Part shown: positions 25,992 through 35,805 of the stretch, one piece after another | Layout: every line of letters starts with the position of its first letter | How positions within the stretch are numbered: the first letter of the stretch is position 1 | From: a virus | Taxonomy: Duplodnaviria; Caudoviricetes | DNA length: 64,000 nucleotides | Virus record (IMG/VR): IMGVR_UViG_3300027899_000014 | Location: 1,176 to 65,175 of that record | Direction: 5' to 3' (one strand) | Translations under genes and position numbers: made by a program | The notes under the pieces: model-generated | Seen by the model: the letters and a program-made list of their open reading frames with translations, nothing else | Databases searched by the model: none | What the model was told of the DNA's origin: nothing

Positions 25992-27472
25992 ATTGGCACC
26001 TCAATTATTTTGACGGAAAATTCCTCTGCAATATATATCTTATAACGTTCTATACCATGGGTCAAAGTAGTATTCTTCCAAGACTTCCAATGCAAATCAT
26101 CAACTAAATCAAAAAGTCGGCATTCATTTTTGCCATCATTTAAACGAAGACCTCTACCTATAGATTGTAGATTTCTTATTTTAGATTTTGAAGGATGGGC
26201 AAATATGATATTTTCTATTGAAGGCATATTAGTACCTGTACTCATGGTCGCGTACGAGGCTACTATTATAGCATTATCATATTTGCTACAAACATTTCTA
26301 ATTTCTTCACGGTCTTTTGTATCTACTCCACCATGGATATAAAAGACAGGTCTATCTTGATTAACCTTATTTTTTATATCTTCATAAATTACTTTGCCGT
26401 GCTTTTGCACATAGTTAAAAAGTACAAGAGTATTGCCTGTAGTAGATATTGCCAAATTTCGTATAAATTTATTTCTAACAGGATTTGTAACTAACCAATC
26501 AAGTTCTTTAATATACTCAGTACCTTTAAACATCTTACAAGTTTCATCATCATATTTAAGAATAAGTTGCTTAATCTTTAAATTAACTACAGAACCTTCA
26601 TCCATCAATTTTTTGGTTGTTGTTACCTGATAAACTGGTCCAAATAAACCTTCAAGAGTTAATTTATTGGTTTTAGAACTTTCATCAATAGTACCTGTAG
26701 CTCCAATTCTATATTTGGTATTAACACATTTCTCCATAATACCCGAGATAGAAGCGGCAGTCGAGAGATGGCATTCATCAACCATAGCAACATCAAATTG
26801 CTGATAAAAGGATTTTTGTTTTATAGTAATTAATGATTGCCAAGTAGAGATAAGAACATTTTTAGTAAAATCCTTTGTAAATCCAGAATAAAGTTTTTGT
26901 ACATGATGTTCAACATCAAATCCATTTGCGATTGAATAATCAGAAAAATCTGAATACATTTGTTCAACAAGCATGGTGTTAGGAGTTATCAATAATATTT
27001 TTCTATTTGCATTTAAATGCCATCTTATTATAGAATATAAAATTGCAGATTTACCTGAAGCAGTTGGACTTAAAAGTGTAACTCTATTTCTATTAAGTGC
27101 TTTTAGAAGAGCATCTACTTGATAATCCCTAAGAGATATAGATTGACCTCTAGCAGATAAATTCAAACTATCTGCAAATAATTGAATATCATCTAATGAG
27201 TATGTATTCGAATTCTCTATACCTTCATCAATAGTTAATTCATAATCATTTCTATTTGCAAATTCTTTTACATATTGTAATAAACCAGCATATAGATTTT
27301 TAGTTTGCATGTTATACAGTCTAACAAAACCATCCCAGATGCCTGCCTTATAGGTAGGCATAAACTTATAACCTGGGATTCTAAATTTAAAGAAGTCAGA
27401 TAGTTCTTGTTCTATTGAAGAATCAGAAAATATTCTAACATATACTTCATTAAACTTTTCAACTTTAATCAT
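25988..27472 (-). CDS. uvsW: SF2 helicase UvsW
   Basis: LRDYQ, SPTASGKS, DECH, GATGT, QSIGRGLR. Confidence 0.96.
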   Translation of the reverse strand: MIKVEKFNEVYVRIFSDSSIEQELSDFFKFRIPGYKFMPTYKAGIWDGFVRLYNMQTKNLYAGLLQYVKEFANRNDYELTIDEGIENSNTYSLDDIQLFADSLNLSARGQSISLRDYQVDALLKALNRNRVTLLSPTASGKSAILYSIIRWHLNANRKILLITPNTMLVEQMYSDFSDYSIANGFDVEHHVQKLYSGFTKDFTKNVLISTWQSLITIKQKSFYQQFDVAMVDECHLSTAASISGIMEKCVNTKYRIGATGTIDESSKTNKLTLEGLFGPVYQVTTTKKLMDEGSVVNLKIKQLILKYDDETCKMFKGTEYIKELDWLVTNPVRNKFIRNLAISTTGNTLVLFNYVQKHGKVIYEDIKNKVNQDRPVFYIHGGVDTKDREEIRNVCSKYDNAIIVASYATMSTGTNMPSIENIIFAHPSKSKIRNLQSIGRGLRLNDGKNECRLFDLVDDLHWKSWKNTTLTHGIERYKIYIAEEFSVKIIEVPI

Positions 27473-27912
27473 TAGCTACCAGCAAGGAATTTTTTATGTT
27501 CTAGAACGGTTTTAAGTTGCCAATCTCGAGCTTTGATTTGGCCAAGAATAGATTCAAGCAAGTAATTCATAGTCTGTAAATATTCTATTTTAACTTTCAT
27601 ATTATTAAGATCAGTATCTCCATCAAGAAATTGATCCATTTCATTTTTCATAGGTTTTACACCTTGCCATTGTTCCCAGTTTAGGGAAGATAATTCATCT
27701 CTGGAAAGTTCACCTCGATAATATCTAAACTTAGTCTTTTTTAGGACATTAAAATCATTATTATATTTTGTTATTTTGAGTTTTGCTTGCATCAAATATC
27801 TTACATATTTTGCATGCAATTTTGGAACTCGGATGGATTCATCCGAAATATGATTGTCGTCCATGGTAGAGTCTTCATCCCATTCTGAAAGCAATTCTTC
27901 AATTGTAGCCAT
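27472..27912 (-). CDS. uvsY: Recombination mediator UvsY
   Basis: W..DS, PKLHAKY, YYRG, R.WQLK...KFLAG. Confidence 0.9.
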   Translation of the reverse strand: MATIEELLSEWDEDSTMDDNHISDESIRVPKLHAKYVRYLMQAKLKITKYNNDFNVLKKTKFRYYRGELSRDELSSLNWEQWQGVKPMKNEMDQFLDGDTDLNNMKVKIEYLQTMNYLLESILGQIKARDWQLKTVLEHKKFLAGS

Positions 27913-27927
27913 AATATCCTCAAAAAA

Positions 27928-28458
27928 TTATATAAATTCGTATCTACTTATTTTAAATGATACATTCCCAACTAAATATGTTACATCTGTATTTGTAGAT
28001 AGAAAATTCAATGAACTTAAAGTTACTGGTAGAATATCTATAAACTTTACCGTTTGTACCGGCAAATTATTACTTCCTAATATTTGTAAAGTAGCGTCAG
28101 AAAATTCTTTGCTTGTTCTACTATACCCAGTATCTTGCAAGTTAATAAAATCAGTAAATTGGTTATTATCTTCTGGAAATCCAAGTCCAATCATCCAATT
28201 ATATACTGCAATATAATTATCCATGTTTTGATCTATAATAAACTGAATATTTAAATCATCAAATGAAATTATTTCTCCACTAAAAGGCAAAGCCGATAAA
28301 GGAGTATTCATATCAAAAGTTGGTAGTGTCATACTTGGAAGAGTAACTTCTTGACAAAAGAAAGAAACTTCCGGTAATTTTGAAATAGAAAAATTAAACC
28401 CATTACTAGATAGTGGATTTATATTTGTTGGAAACGGACATGTAGTTGTTATTGCCAT
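27928..28458 (-). CDS. 3: Tail tube terminator / tail completion protein gp3
   Basis: N.LSSNGF.F, FFCQEVTLP, DQNMDNY, SDATL, P..LS.L.F. Confidence 0.85.
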   Translation of the reverse strand: MAITTTCPFPTNINPLSSNGFNFSISKLPEVSFFCQEVTLPSMTLPTFDMNTPLSALPFSGEIISFDDLNIQFIIDQNMDNYIAVYNWMIGLGFPEDNNQFTDFINLQDTGYSRTSKEFSDATLQILGSNNLPVQTVKFIDILPVTLSSLNFLSTNTDVTYLVGNVSFKISRYEFI

Positions 28459-28477
28459 TATAGTACCTCTGATCTAT

Positions 28478-29260
28478 TTATAACAATTCAAAACTTATTA
28501 ATTTCCATCCTTTTATTGGTATAGAATTATTTTTGGTTTGTTTGCTCATAAAGTTATTTAATGAATGGTTTTGGAACCAATCTGTATAATTTATGTCTAA
28601 ATGAATTGGATTATTATTTTTAAACTGAACAACCAAATTTTTATACTTATTAGTAAACAATCTATTTTGCAATTTAGTTTCTTTCATTTTTTCCAAAGCT
28701 TCAGGATAATCATCTTTAAATGTTTTACCTTTAAGAGGCGATATTCTTCCATTCTGATATTCTTTTTTTCGTTGTGCACTATTAGCAGCATTCTGTTCTT
28801 CAGTTCTTATTTTACCTTTATTATTATAACCTAATGTATTCCCATTTTTAAATCCCTTTTTACTTTTATGTTCTTCTGATTGGGGTCTACCTTTCATTTT
28901 TTGTCTATGTTTTTCAATAGTTTCAGGGGATCTTTTATGGCCTCTTCCGCCTTTATCTATATTATAACCTTGACCTCCTTGAGTAGAAGTCAATGAATCA
29001 TATTGAATAATAAAATCAGTTTCTATTAATCTGCAATATTCATAATCATTAGATTGCAAAATAACACTACAAGAAAAATTGTGTTTGCCATATTTTTCAA
29101 TAGCAAAAGATATAGGAGATCTTTCTTGATATTTTGGTTTGGTAATTTTACAATGGTCATTAAATCTATGACCTAATTTATTTGATGTATAACCAATATA
29201 TTTCTTATTATTGATTAAATTTGTTATAAGATATATTGAATATATATTTGTGCTGGACAT
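28478..29260 (-). mobile_element. Free-standing GIY-YIG homing endonuclease with NUMOD3-like repeats, between genes 23 and 3
   Basis: YSIYLITNLINNKKYIGYT, AIEKYG, GYNIDKGG, SPETIEK/SEEHKSK repeats. Confidence 0.9.
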
Positions 29261-29276
29261 AACTGTTCCTTAATAG

Positions 29277-29323
29277 TTGTTAGAATGTTTAGAGTAGATA
29301 GGATTGAGGGATCCGTGATCTAC
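29277..29323 (-). promoter_or_regulatory. HEG-leader structured motif, copy 2
   Basis: Minus strand GTAGA TCAC GGAT ccctca ATCC TA TCTAC TCTA aacattctaacaa, preceded by AATAAATA. Confidence 0.65.
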
Positions 29324-29363
29324 AACTTATTTATTAATGATTTATTAAAGCCATTAATCTATC

Positions 29364-29395
29364 AAAATAAAAAAGAAGGGTCAAAAGACCCTTCT
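29364..29395 (-). terminator. Intrinsic terminator after gene 23
   Basis: AGAAGGGTC-TTTT-GACCCTTCT followed by a T-run on the minus strand. Confidence 0.85.
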
Positions 29396-29434
29396 AATTA
29401 TTTCACAAGAACTTAAAAAGTCCTTTAAAATCAA

Positions 29435-30838
29435 TTACATAAGATTTGTAACTTTACAAATTCTGTAGTAATAATTTTTACGGGCTGTCATTGAGTTGTC
29501 CGCATTTGAAGTAGCAGACATTGAAGCATCATCAATATCAACCATTGGATTAGCAACCATACCGTAACGAGTTTTGAAACCAATTTTAGGTTGGAAAGTT
29601 TGTGGATCAACCGCACGAACCATTTGCAATGGAACATAAGGGCAATAGAACAAACCAGCATCAAATGCAGAAGTACCTTTGTAACCTACAGTAAAGAATT
29701 GTAGACCAGCACCAGAAGGATTATTACCACCTGTGTAAGGATCAACATAAACTTTATATTTGCCGTTTAAGATACCAGCAAAAGTAGTAGATGCTTCATC
29801 AACATTCAAACCAGTAGAAAGAGCAGGAGCATAATCTAATACACCAGCCATTGCTAAAGCAGAAGCAACATCTGAAGAACAGATGATGAAGTTACCACGT
29901 CCACGACGTGTTTGTTGAGCGATAGCGTTAGCTTCTCTTTCGATTTGGAACAACAAACCTTTGAATTTTTCAACTGACCAACGACCATTAGAGTCAACGT
30001 CAAGATCAAAAGTACCAGCAGTTGCAGTACCAGTAGCAGCACCTTGTTTAGCAACAGTATAGATAGTACGAATAACTTCACGGTTGATTTCAGCAAGAAT
30101 TTCAGTAGAAAGAATTTTGCTTAATTCGCCTTCAGCGTCAAGACCATGAACTGATTTTAAGTCTTGTGCTAATTCGATAGAGTATTCAGCTTTCAATGCA
30201 CGAGTTTTAGCAACAACTGAAGTTTTCTCAATTGAGAAAGCCATTTCAGGAAATGCATTACCTGCAGTTGAACCTAAAATTTCAGCAGCTGATGTAGCTA
30301 TACCTAAACCAGTTTGATAAGAACCAGTTGATAAACCAGTAGCACCAGTAGGATCAGTACCAGTTGCGCCTGAAGTACCTGTGAAACTTGTATCAGCTTC
30401 ATTAAACAATGCTTCTGTTCCACTTGGACTAGTGTAACGAGATTTCATTGCAAAAATCAAACCAGTAGGTTGAGTCATTGGTTGAACACCGGCAATATCA
30501 TATGCAATCAACTGAGGCATAGCACGACGTACTAAGTTAATCAATACAGGATCAAAACCAGCTACACCACCAGTACCAGCAGCGCCAGCGTTGTATGTAC
30601 CAGTACCAGTAGTATTGATACCATAGTTACCAGCACCACCAATGTTAGTAGAAACTCCACCAGTACCGTTTTCGAAAAGCATGCTATTAGCTTGACTAGC
30701 AGCACTCATTTCACGTTGTTGGTTTTCTAAGATAACCGCTAAGTCACCTCGACGAGTAAAGTCTTTAATTGCAGGTGCGCCTTCAGCGTCAATTACAGGA
30801 GCCCATTTTTCTAAAAGGGCAGAACGATTTAATTCCAT
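29435..30838 (-). CDS. 23: Major capsid protein gp23
   Basis: LVRRAMP, GVQPMTQPTGLIFA, RALKAEYSIELAQDL, FYCPYVPL, FQPKIGFKTRYG. Confidence 0.98.
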   Translation of the reverse strand: MELNRSALLEKWAPVIDAEGAPAIKDFTRRGDLAVILENQQREMSAASQANSMLFENGTGGVSTNIGGAGNYGINTTGTGTYNAGAAGTGGVAGFDPVLINLVRRAMPQLIAYDIAGVQPMTQPTGLIFAMKSRYTSPSGTEALFNEADTSFTGTSGATGTDPTGATGLSTGSYQTGLGIATSAAEILGSTAGNAFPEMAFSIEKTSVVAKTRALKAEYSIELAQDLKSVHGLDAEGELSKILSTEILAEINREVIRTIYTVAKQGAATGTATAGTFDLDVDSNGRWSVEKFKGLLFQIEREANAIAQQTRRGRGNFIICSSDVASALAMAGVLDYAPALSTGLNVDEASTTFAGILNGKYKVYVDPYTGGNNPSGAGLQFFTVGYKGTSAFDAGLFYCPYVPLQMVRAVDPQTFQPKIGFKTRYGMVANPMVDIDDASMSATSNADNSMTARKNYYYRICKVTNLM

Positions 30839-30865
30839 CTTAAGTTTCCTTATTTTTATTAAAAA

Positions 30866-32521
30866 TTATTGGTTATATTTTTGTAATACTTTAGCATACG
30901 CAGCAACAGTAGGATCAACATTAACATATTTGTTTTCATTGATTTCATCTACCGGAGAATCAGTAACAAAAGATTCTACTAAAGCGCTGTGTTTACCAGT
31001 GAAATAGTTTTCACGAATTGTTTGTACTTTTACTTTGAATAAATCTTCTGAATCATAAGATAATTCTTCTACTAATGCAGTAAATTTTTCAACTTCTGTA
31101 TCAGTCAAACCTTCGCTAACCATATTTACGATTTCTTTACGAACTGATTCAGAAAGTGATTTTTTCAAATCAATATTTCTTTCAACTTGTTCGTTTAACT
31201 TAGACTCTAATACGTCAATCTTAGTTTCCATCTCACCGATAACGTCGTACTTTTCTTCAGGAACATCAATATAATGCTCTTCAAAAAGTCCTTTCATACC
31301 AGTAATAAAAGATTCCATGATGTCAGACTTAAGTCCATTTTCAAGGGCTATTTCATTCTGTTCTATCCACTGCTCAACAACATAGTCGAGGTAACCATCA
31401 ATTTTTTCAACCAGACCCTCAGTAATTGAATCTACTTGCTCAGCAAGTTGTTCTTCAAATTCTTCTTCTAAACGTGAAACTTCCTCTTTAACACGTACAA
31501 CTACAGCAGCTTCAAAAATAGTAGCAGCTTTTACTTTAAATTCTTCTGTTAAATCTTCACCAAAAAGTAAAGCATCAACGTCTTCTTGGACATCGAAATC
31601 TTCAATAGATTCTTTTACATTTTTGCGAACTTTAGCAATATCAGCAACAGATCTACTACTCAAAGTATTTTTTGCAATTTTTTCAGGTGAATTAATTGCC
31701 TTTGGGATGAAATGATTATGTACACCTTGTGTATTTAAATCATCTGCAGTTTGTCTTTTTATAACTGAACCAATTCCTTTATGTCGTTTTGCAACAATAC
31801 CCGCATGTTTTTCTTGACTTGCAGTAGTTCTTGCAGTTTGCGTTTTATTAATTGAATTATTATATTGTTTACTAGCTTTCTTAACATAAGAACCTAAAGT
31901 CTTTTTACTTAACTCATCTAATTGCTCAAAGTCTTCAGACATCATGAAATCTTCTAGTTCTTCAACTGAATAATCTTCAAGAGTAAGTTCTTCTTTAGTC
32001 ATTTTGTCGACTGCTTTAGTAATACCTTTATCACGTTTAAGAGCAATCCTACCAGAATCGGACCATTTTGCTCCGGCGCCCAGCTTTTCACCATTAACAA
32101 TACCGCTTGTAGCTGCTTTCTTGACATAAGAACCTAAAGTCTTTTTAGATAATTCAAACAATGTTTGTTCTTCTTCATCTAAAGAATCATATTCTTCTTT
32201 GGTTAGTTTATTGACTGCTTTAGATATACCAGCCTGACGAGCAAATGCTTTATTGCTAGATTTATTTGCTTTGTCTCCTTCACCTCTTGCTTGTTCGCGT
32301 GATGCACTTCTTGTATTTTTGCCATAATCAGCATTCGCTTTCTTAATATAAGAACCTAGAGTTGCTTTTGATAATTCAAACAATGCTTGTTCTTCTTCAT
32401 CTAAAGAATCATATTCTTCTTCAGTGATGAATTCTTCATCTAATTCTTCTTCGTTTTCTAAAACTAATCCTGCTAATTTGGATTCTTCCATAATCTCAGC
32501 AATTTTGCTATCAATAGACAT
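30866..32521 (-). CDS. 22: Prohead core scaffold gp22, extended by three repeated basic modules
   Basis: C-terminal half EFKVKAATIFEAAV...YLDYVVEQW...FEEHYIDVP is gp22-like; N-terminal ELSKxTLGSY modules. Confidence 0.9.
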   Translation of the reverse strand: MSIDSKIAEIMEESKLAGLVLENEEELDEEFITEEEYDSLDEEEQALFELSKATLGSYIKKANADYGKNTRSASREQARGEGDKANKSSNKAFARQAGISKAVNKLTKEEYDSLDEEEQTLFELSKKTLGSYVKKAATSGIVNGEKLGAGAKWSDSGRIALKRDKGITKAVDKMTKEELTLEDYSVEELEDFMMSEDFEQLDELSKKTLGSYVKKASKQYNNSINKTQTARTTASQEKHAGIVAKRHKGIGSVIKRQTADDLNTQGVHNHFIPKAINSPEKIAKNTLSSRSVADIAKVRKNVKESIEDFDVQEDVDALLFGEDLTEEFKVKAATIFEAAVVVRVKEEVSRLEEEFEEQLAEQVDSITEGLVEKIDGYLDYVVEQWIEQNEIALENGLKSDIMESFITGMKGLFEEHYIDVPEEKYDVIGEMETKIDVLESKLNEQVERNIDLKKSLSESVRKEIVNMVSEGLTDTEVEKFTALVEELSYDSEDLFKVKVQTIRENYFTGKHSALVESFVTDSPVDEINENKYVNVDPTVAAYAKVLQKYNQ

Positions 32522-32550
32522 TTATATCTCCTAATTTTGATATATCTTAT

Positions 32551-32558
32551 TATTTATA
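32551..32558 (-). promoter_or_regulatory. T4-type late promoter
   Basis: TATAAATA upstream of gene 22. Confidence 0.7.
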
Positions 32559-32570
32559 AAAATTAAACTT

Positions 32571-33221
32571 TTACTTAATGCTTCGTAAAAAATGTTGGAA
32601 GGCACGTATTTTTTGCTCTTCTAAATTCATCGATGTTGCTTTTGTTATTGTTCTTCTAGCTTCATCAACATGTTTCTCAAACTTTCCATCAACATAAACC
32701 CAAGATGCACCTTCCATGATTCCCTGAACCCAAGCATCTGGGGCAGATGGATCACTTACTAAATCGCCTGCAGTACTTAACATAAAGTCATTTTGTACTA
32801 CATTAACACCTTCATTGTTCATTTTTAATGAACCTAAAGCACGACTTGATGTACCAATTCTTCCGCCACCTTTAAGAATACCTTCGGCAATTCTGCCCAT
32901 AGGAGTATCAAGAATCTTCGCCTTTCCAATCCAATTGTTACCTTCTTTTCTTAAGTTAGTAATTAGATGTGAAATTCTATCAAGATTAATTGAAGGCGAT
33001 TCAGGATGTCCTAATTCGCCAAAAGCAGAATTCTTTTCTACTTTTTCTTTAATATATCTTTGAACTTCCTTATCCATAATAGATTCAGGATACATTCTGC
33101 CATTACGATTCTTGATATTTGATTGAAGAAATACTCCTTCTACGTAAAGTTGTTTACCTTTACCTAGTTTTTCTTCTACAACCATATTTAATGTTTCGTT
33201 AACTTCCCTAATTAGTTTCAT
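32571..33221 (-). CDS. 21: Prohead protease gp21
   Basis: NRNGRMYP, GELGHP, SSRALGS, DPSAPDA. Confidence 0.96.
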   Translation of the reverse strand: MKLIREVNETLNMVVEEKLGKGKQLYVEGVFLQSNIKNRNGRMYPESIMDKEVQRYIKEKVEKNSAFGELGHPESPSINLDRISHLITNLRKEGNNWIGKAKILDTPMGRIAEGILKGGGRIGTSSRALGSLKMNNEGVNVVQNDFMLSTAGDLVSDPSAPDAWVQGIMEGASWVYVDGKFEKHVDEARRTITKATSMNLEEQKIRAFQHFLRSIK

Positions 33222-33222
33222 A

Positions 33223-33897
33223 TTAGCTTCCGTATACTAATTCGTTATCTAAAGCACCAAATTGAGTAGTCTCTATTTTACCATAATAACCTGAATTCTT
33301 TCTAACTTTAATCCAAATTTCCCCTTGGACTGCCGCAGCAAGTTTATCTACAATAGTAACACTGATAGGATATGTTGCATTAGTATTATCAGGTGGGAAA
33401 TATGTACCCATCATATCAATAAGATTACCATTATCTGCAAGAGGAGTAACAATGCGAACACTATTTCTATCTACTTTATATATAGCACCAGGTTCTCCAG
33501 CCCATTGAACTGCGGTAATAGAAACAGAAGGTGAACCAATTATTACTTGTGTTGCATAAGCAATTTTATAAGTAGTACCTGCTATTGCTGCTGCCCCATT
33601 TGCTGCTAGAGTAGCATGTGTAGTATCTGTTACTGAAGTGATAAGTCCAACATAAACTCCTGCAGTAGTATATACTTTTGCATTCACATGAACATTAGTA
33701 TTAAAACTAGTTCCTACACCAACTATTGAAGTAGCACCTGTACCTATTGTTACAGTTCCTGCTCCATCAATAGTATTTGCATAAGGTAACAAATCTGTTG
33801 TTAAATTTATTATAGATGCAGCAGTATCTGATCCAGCAATTTTAATAACTGCCTCAGTCTCTGATGCTTTAATAATGGTTTTTGTTAATGCTGCCAT
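33223..33897 (-). CDS. Putative virion protein with an inserted beta-rich domain
   Basis: Head-gene operon position; internal SIVGVGTSF...ITSVTDTTHATL module. Confidence 0.6.
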   Translation of the reverse strand: MAALTKTIIKASETEAVIKIAGSDTAASIINLTTDLLPYANTIDGAGTVTIGTGATSIVGVGTSFNTNVHVNAKVYTTAGVYVGLITSVTDTTHATLAANGAAAIAGTTYKIAYATQVIIGSPSVSITAVQWAGEPGAIYKVDRNSVRIVTPLADNGNLIDMMGTYFPPDNTNATYPISVTIVDKLAAAVQGEIWIKVRKNSGYYGKIETTQFGALDNELVYGS

Positions 33898-33899
33898 CT

Positions 33900-34457
33900 T
33901 TATTCCTTAATGATTACATCGAGTATTTTTAAGAAGTTATCCGAACTTTCTTTCATGAACTCGACAACCTCTAATTTATTTTCTAGTAAGTTATTTATAT
34001 GTTGTTGAGTTTGGTAATTTATTGCAATAACAGATTCATCATTAAGAATGTAGTGTATTTTACCATTAATAATAGAATCAAATTCATTCATCTCACGAAT
34101 ATGATAAACAGCTGGATCAATTGAAAAGGATTTGTCGGAAGCTATTTTAATATATTGTTCGACTATTTTATTTGTGACTTTTATATTATGTTCTTCTTTA
34201 ATTATGTCTGCAATTTTTACTATGTTTTCAGAAAAGAATTCTTCATATAAGTTATTGATAATATCTTTTGCTTGCTCTGAATATTTAATATGATTTTTTG
34301 CTTCCGACAAATTTTTAAACTGAGTTACTTCATTATTAATTAATATAATATTATCGGTAGTTCTCTGAATAGTATTACCAAAGTAATAGAGATCCTCAAG
34401 AATCTCCATACCTGATAACGTTTCTTTTAACTTTTTAGAAAACTGTGAATAATACAT
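33900..34457 (-). CDS. Putative prohead core protein (gp68 position)
   Basis: Synteny between the gp67-like gene and gene 21; MKES.DNF C-terminus. Confidence 0.55.
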   Translation of the reverse strand: MYYSQFSKKLKETLSGMEILEDLYYFGNTIQRTTDNIILINNEVTQFKNLSEAKNHIKYSEQAKDIINNLYEEFFSENIVKIADIIKEEHNIKVTNKIVEQYIKIASDKSFSIDPAVYHIREMNEFDSIINGKIHYILNDESVIAINYQTQQHINNLLENKLEVVEFMKESSDNFLKILDVIIKE

Positions 34458-35803
34458 TATAACCCTGAATGTCTATCACTAGATTTCGAGGTATGTGCAG
34501 CTGATCCTGCACCAAGACCTGTCTTTTTATACGATCGTTGTGTACCAGCTCTTCTTTTATCAAAAAGTTTTTGATCTTCTGGACTCATTTTTTCTCTTGC
34601 AGAACTAATAATATCCTTAGTTGGGATCGGCCATTCTGGATTTGTTCCTACTTTTTTAAGTATGTTATTAGATTGTTGTGTTGATTTACCTCTATAAGAC
34701 ATATGAGTTCTATTAGATAATTCATCTAACTCTTCAACTTCTTCTTTAGTTAATTTGCCAACTGCTTTAGCAATACCTGCAGTACGTTTCTTTTCTAATT
34801 TCTTAGAATAATTATAATTATCTACATGTAAAGCTTCTAAGCCACTATTTCCTTTGGCTAAAGCATCTGATGCACCACGAGCAGATTGTTTAACACCAAC
34901 TGCAGCTTTTTTGCCTTGCTCAGCCGCTTTATTAATATATGAACCTAAAGTTTTCTTAGATAATTCATCTAACTCTTCAACTTCTTCTTTAGTTAATTTA
35001 CGGGCTGCTGCTTCAATACCTTTTCTTCGGTTATTAGCTTTAACAAAAGCTGCCCATTGGGCGTCTTTATTGGGTGAAGTGTACATAGTTCTTACCTGAG
35101 ACGCTCTATCATCAGAGGCTTTCTTAACATAAGAACCAAGAGTCTTTTTAGACAATTCATCAAGTTGTTCAAACTCTTCAGACATCATAAAGTCTTCTAA
35201 TTCATCTATTGAATAATCTTCAAGAGTAAGTTCTTCTTTTGTTAATTTGTCAACTGCTTTAGCAATACCGACTTTGCGTTTTTTGTTCATACTTGCAGCA
35301 TCTTGATAATCTTTACTTCTACTATGATCATTAACAGTTATACCTTTAACAAATCCTGCAAGACCAACATCAGAAGTTGCTTTCTTGACATAAGAACCTA
35401 AAGTCTTTTTAGATAATTCATCTAGTTGCTCAAATTCTTCAGACATCATATAGTATTCAATTTCTTCAACTGAATAATCTTCAAGAGTGAATTCTTCAAC
35501 TTCTTCTTTAGTTAATTTTTTCTTTGCTTTTGCTTTTTCTTGATCAATAAAACTTTGAGTAGTTCCGCCTTTAGCATGGTGTTTTATTAATTTGTCTTTA
35601 AATTTTGGATGCTTAGGATCCCAAGTTTCATATGCATCACTTGAATCATAACTTTCTTCAACTGAACCAAACATACCTTGAGCAACAGATACTCTCATAT
35701 CATCTAAACGGCCAGAAATTTTACTTGCCATAACAGCATTAAAATTATCTTCAATAGCAATTGAATCACCTTCAGCAATTGCGTTAATTAAATCTTTAAT
35801 CAT
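34457..35803 (-). CDS. gp67-like prohead core protein, greatly extended by repeated basic modules
   Basis: N-terminal DLINAIAEGD...F..VMASKI..RLD.MR..VAQ.MF is gp67-like and follows the portal; then 4-5 modules. Confidence 0.75.
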   Translation of the reverse strand: MIKDLINAIAEGDSIAIEDNFNAVMASKISGRLDDMRVSVAQGMFGSVEESYDSSDAYETWDPKHPKFKDKLIKHHAKGGTTQSFIDQEKAKAKKKLTKEEVEEFTLEDYSVEEIEYYMMSEEFEQLDELSKKTLGSYVKKATSDVGLAGFVKGITVNDHSRSKDYQDAASMNKKRKVGIAKAVDKLTKEELTLEDYSIDELEDFMMSEEFEQLDELSKKTLGSYVKKASDDRASQVRTMYTSPNKDAQWAAFVKANNRRKGIEAAARKLTKEEVEELDELSKKTLGSYINKAAEQGKKAAVGVKQSARGASDALAKGNSGLEALHVDNYNYSKKLEKKRTAGIAKAVGKLTKEEVEELDELSNRTHMSYRGKSTQQSNNILKKVGTNPEWPIPTKDIISSAREKMSPEDQKLFDKRRAGTQRSYKKTGLGAGSAAHTSKSSDRHSGL

Positions 35804-35805
35804 TG

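Noticed and set aside
31875-35419. Repeat-spacer pattern as a CRISPR array or DGR template/variable repeats
   Set aside because: Repeats are in-frame coding with synonymous differences, spacers are long and uneven, there is no adenine-specific variation and no reverse transcriptase in the window
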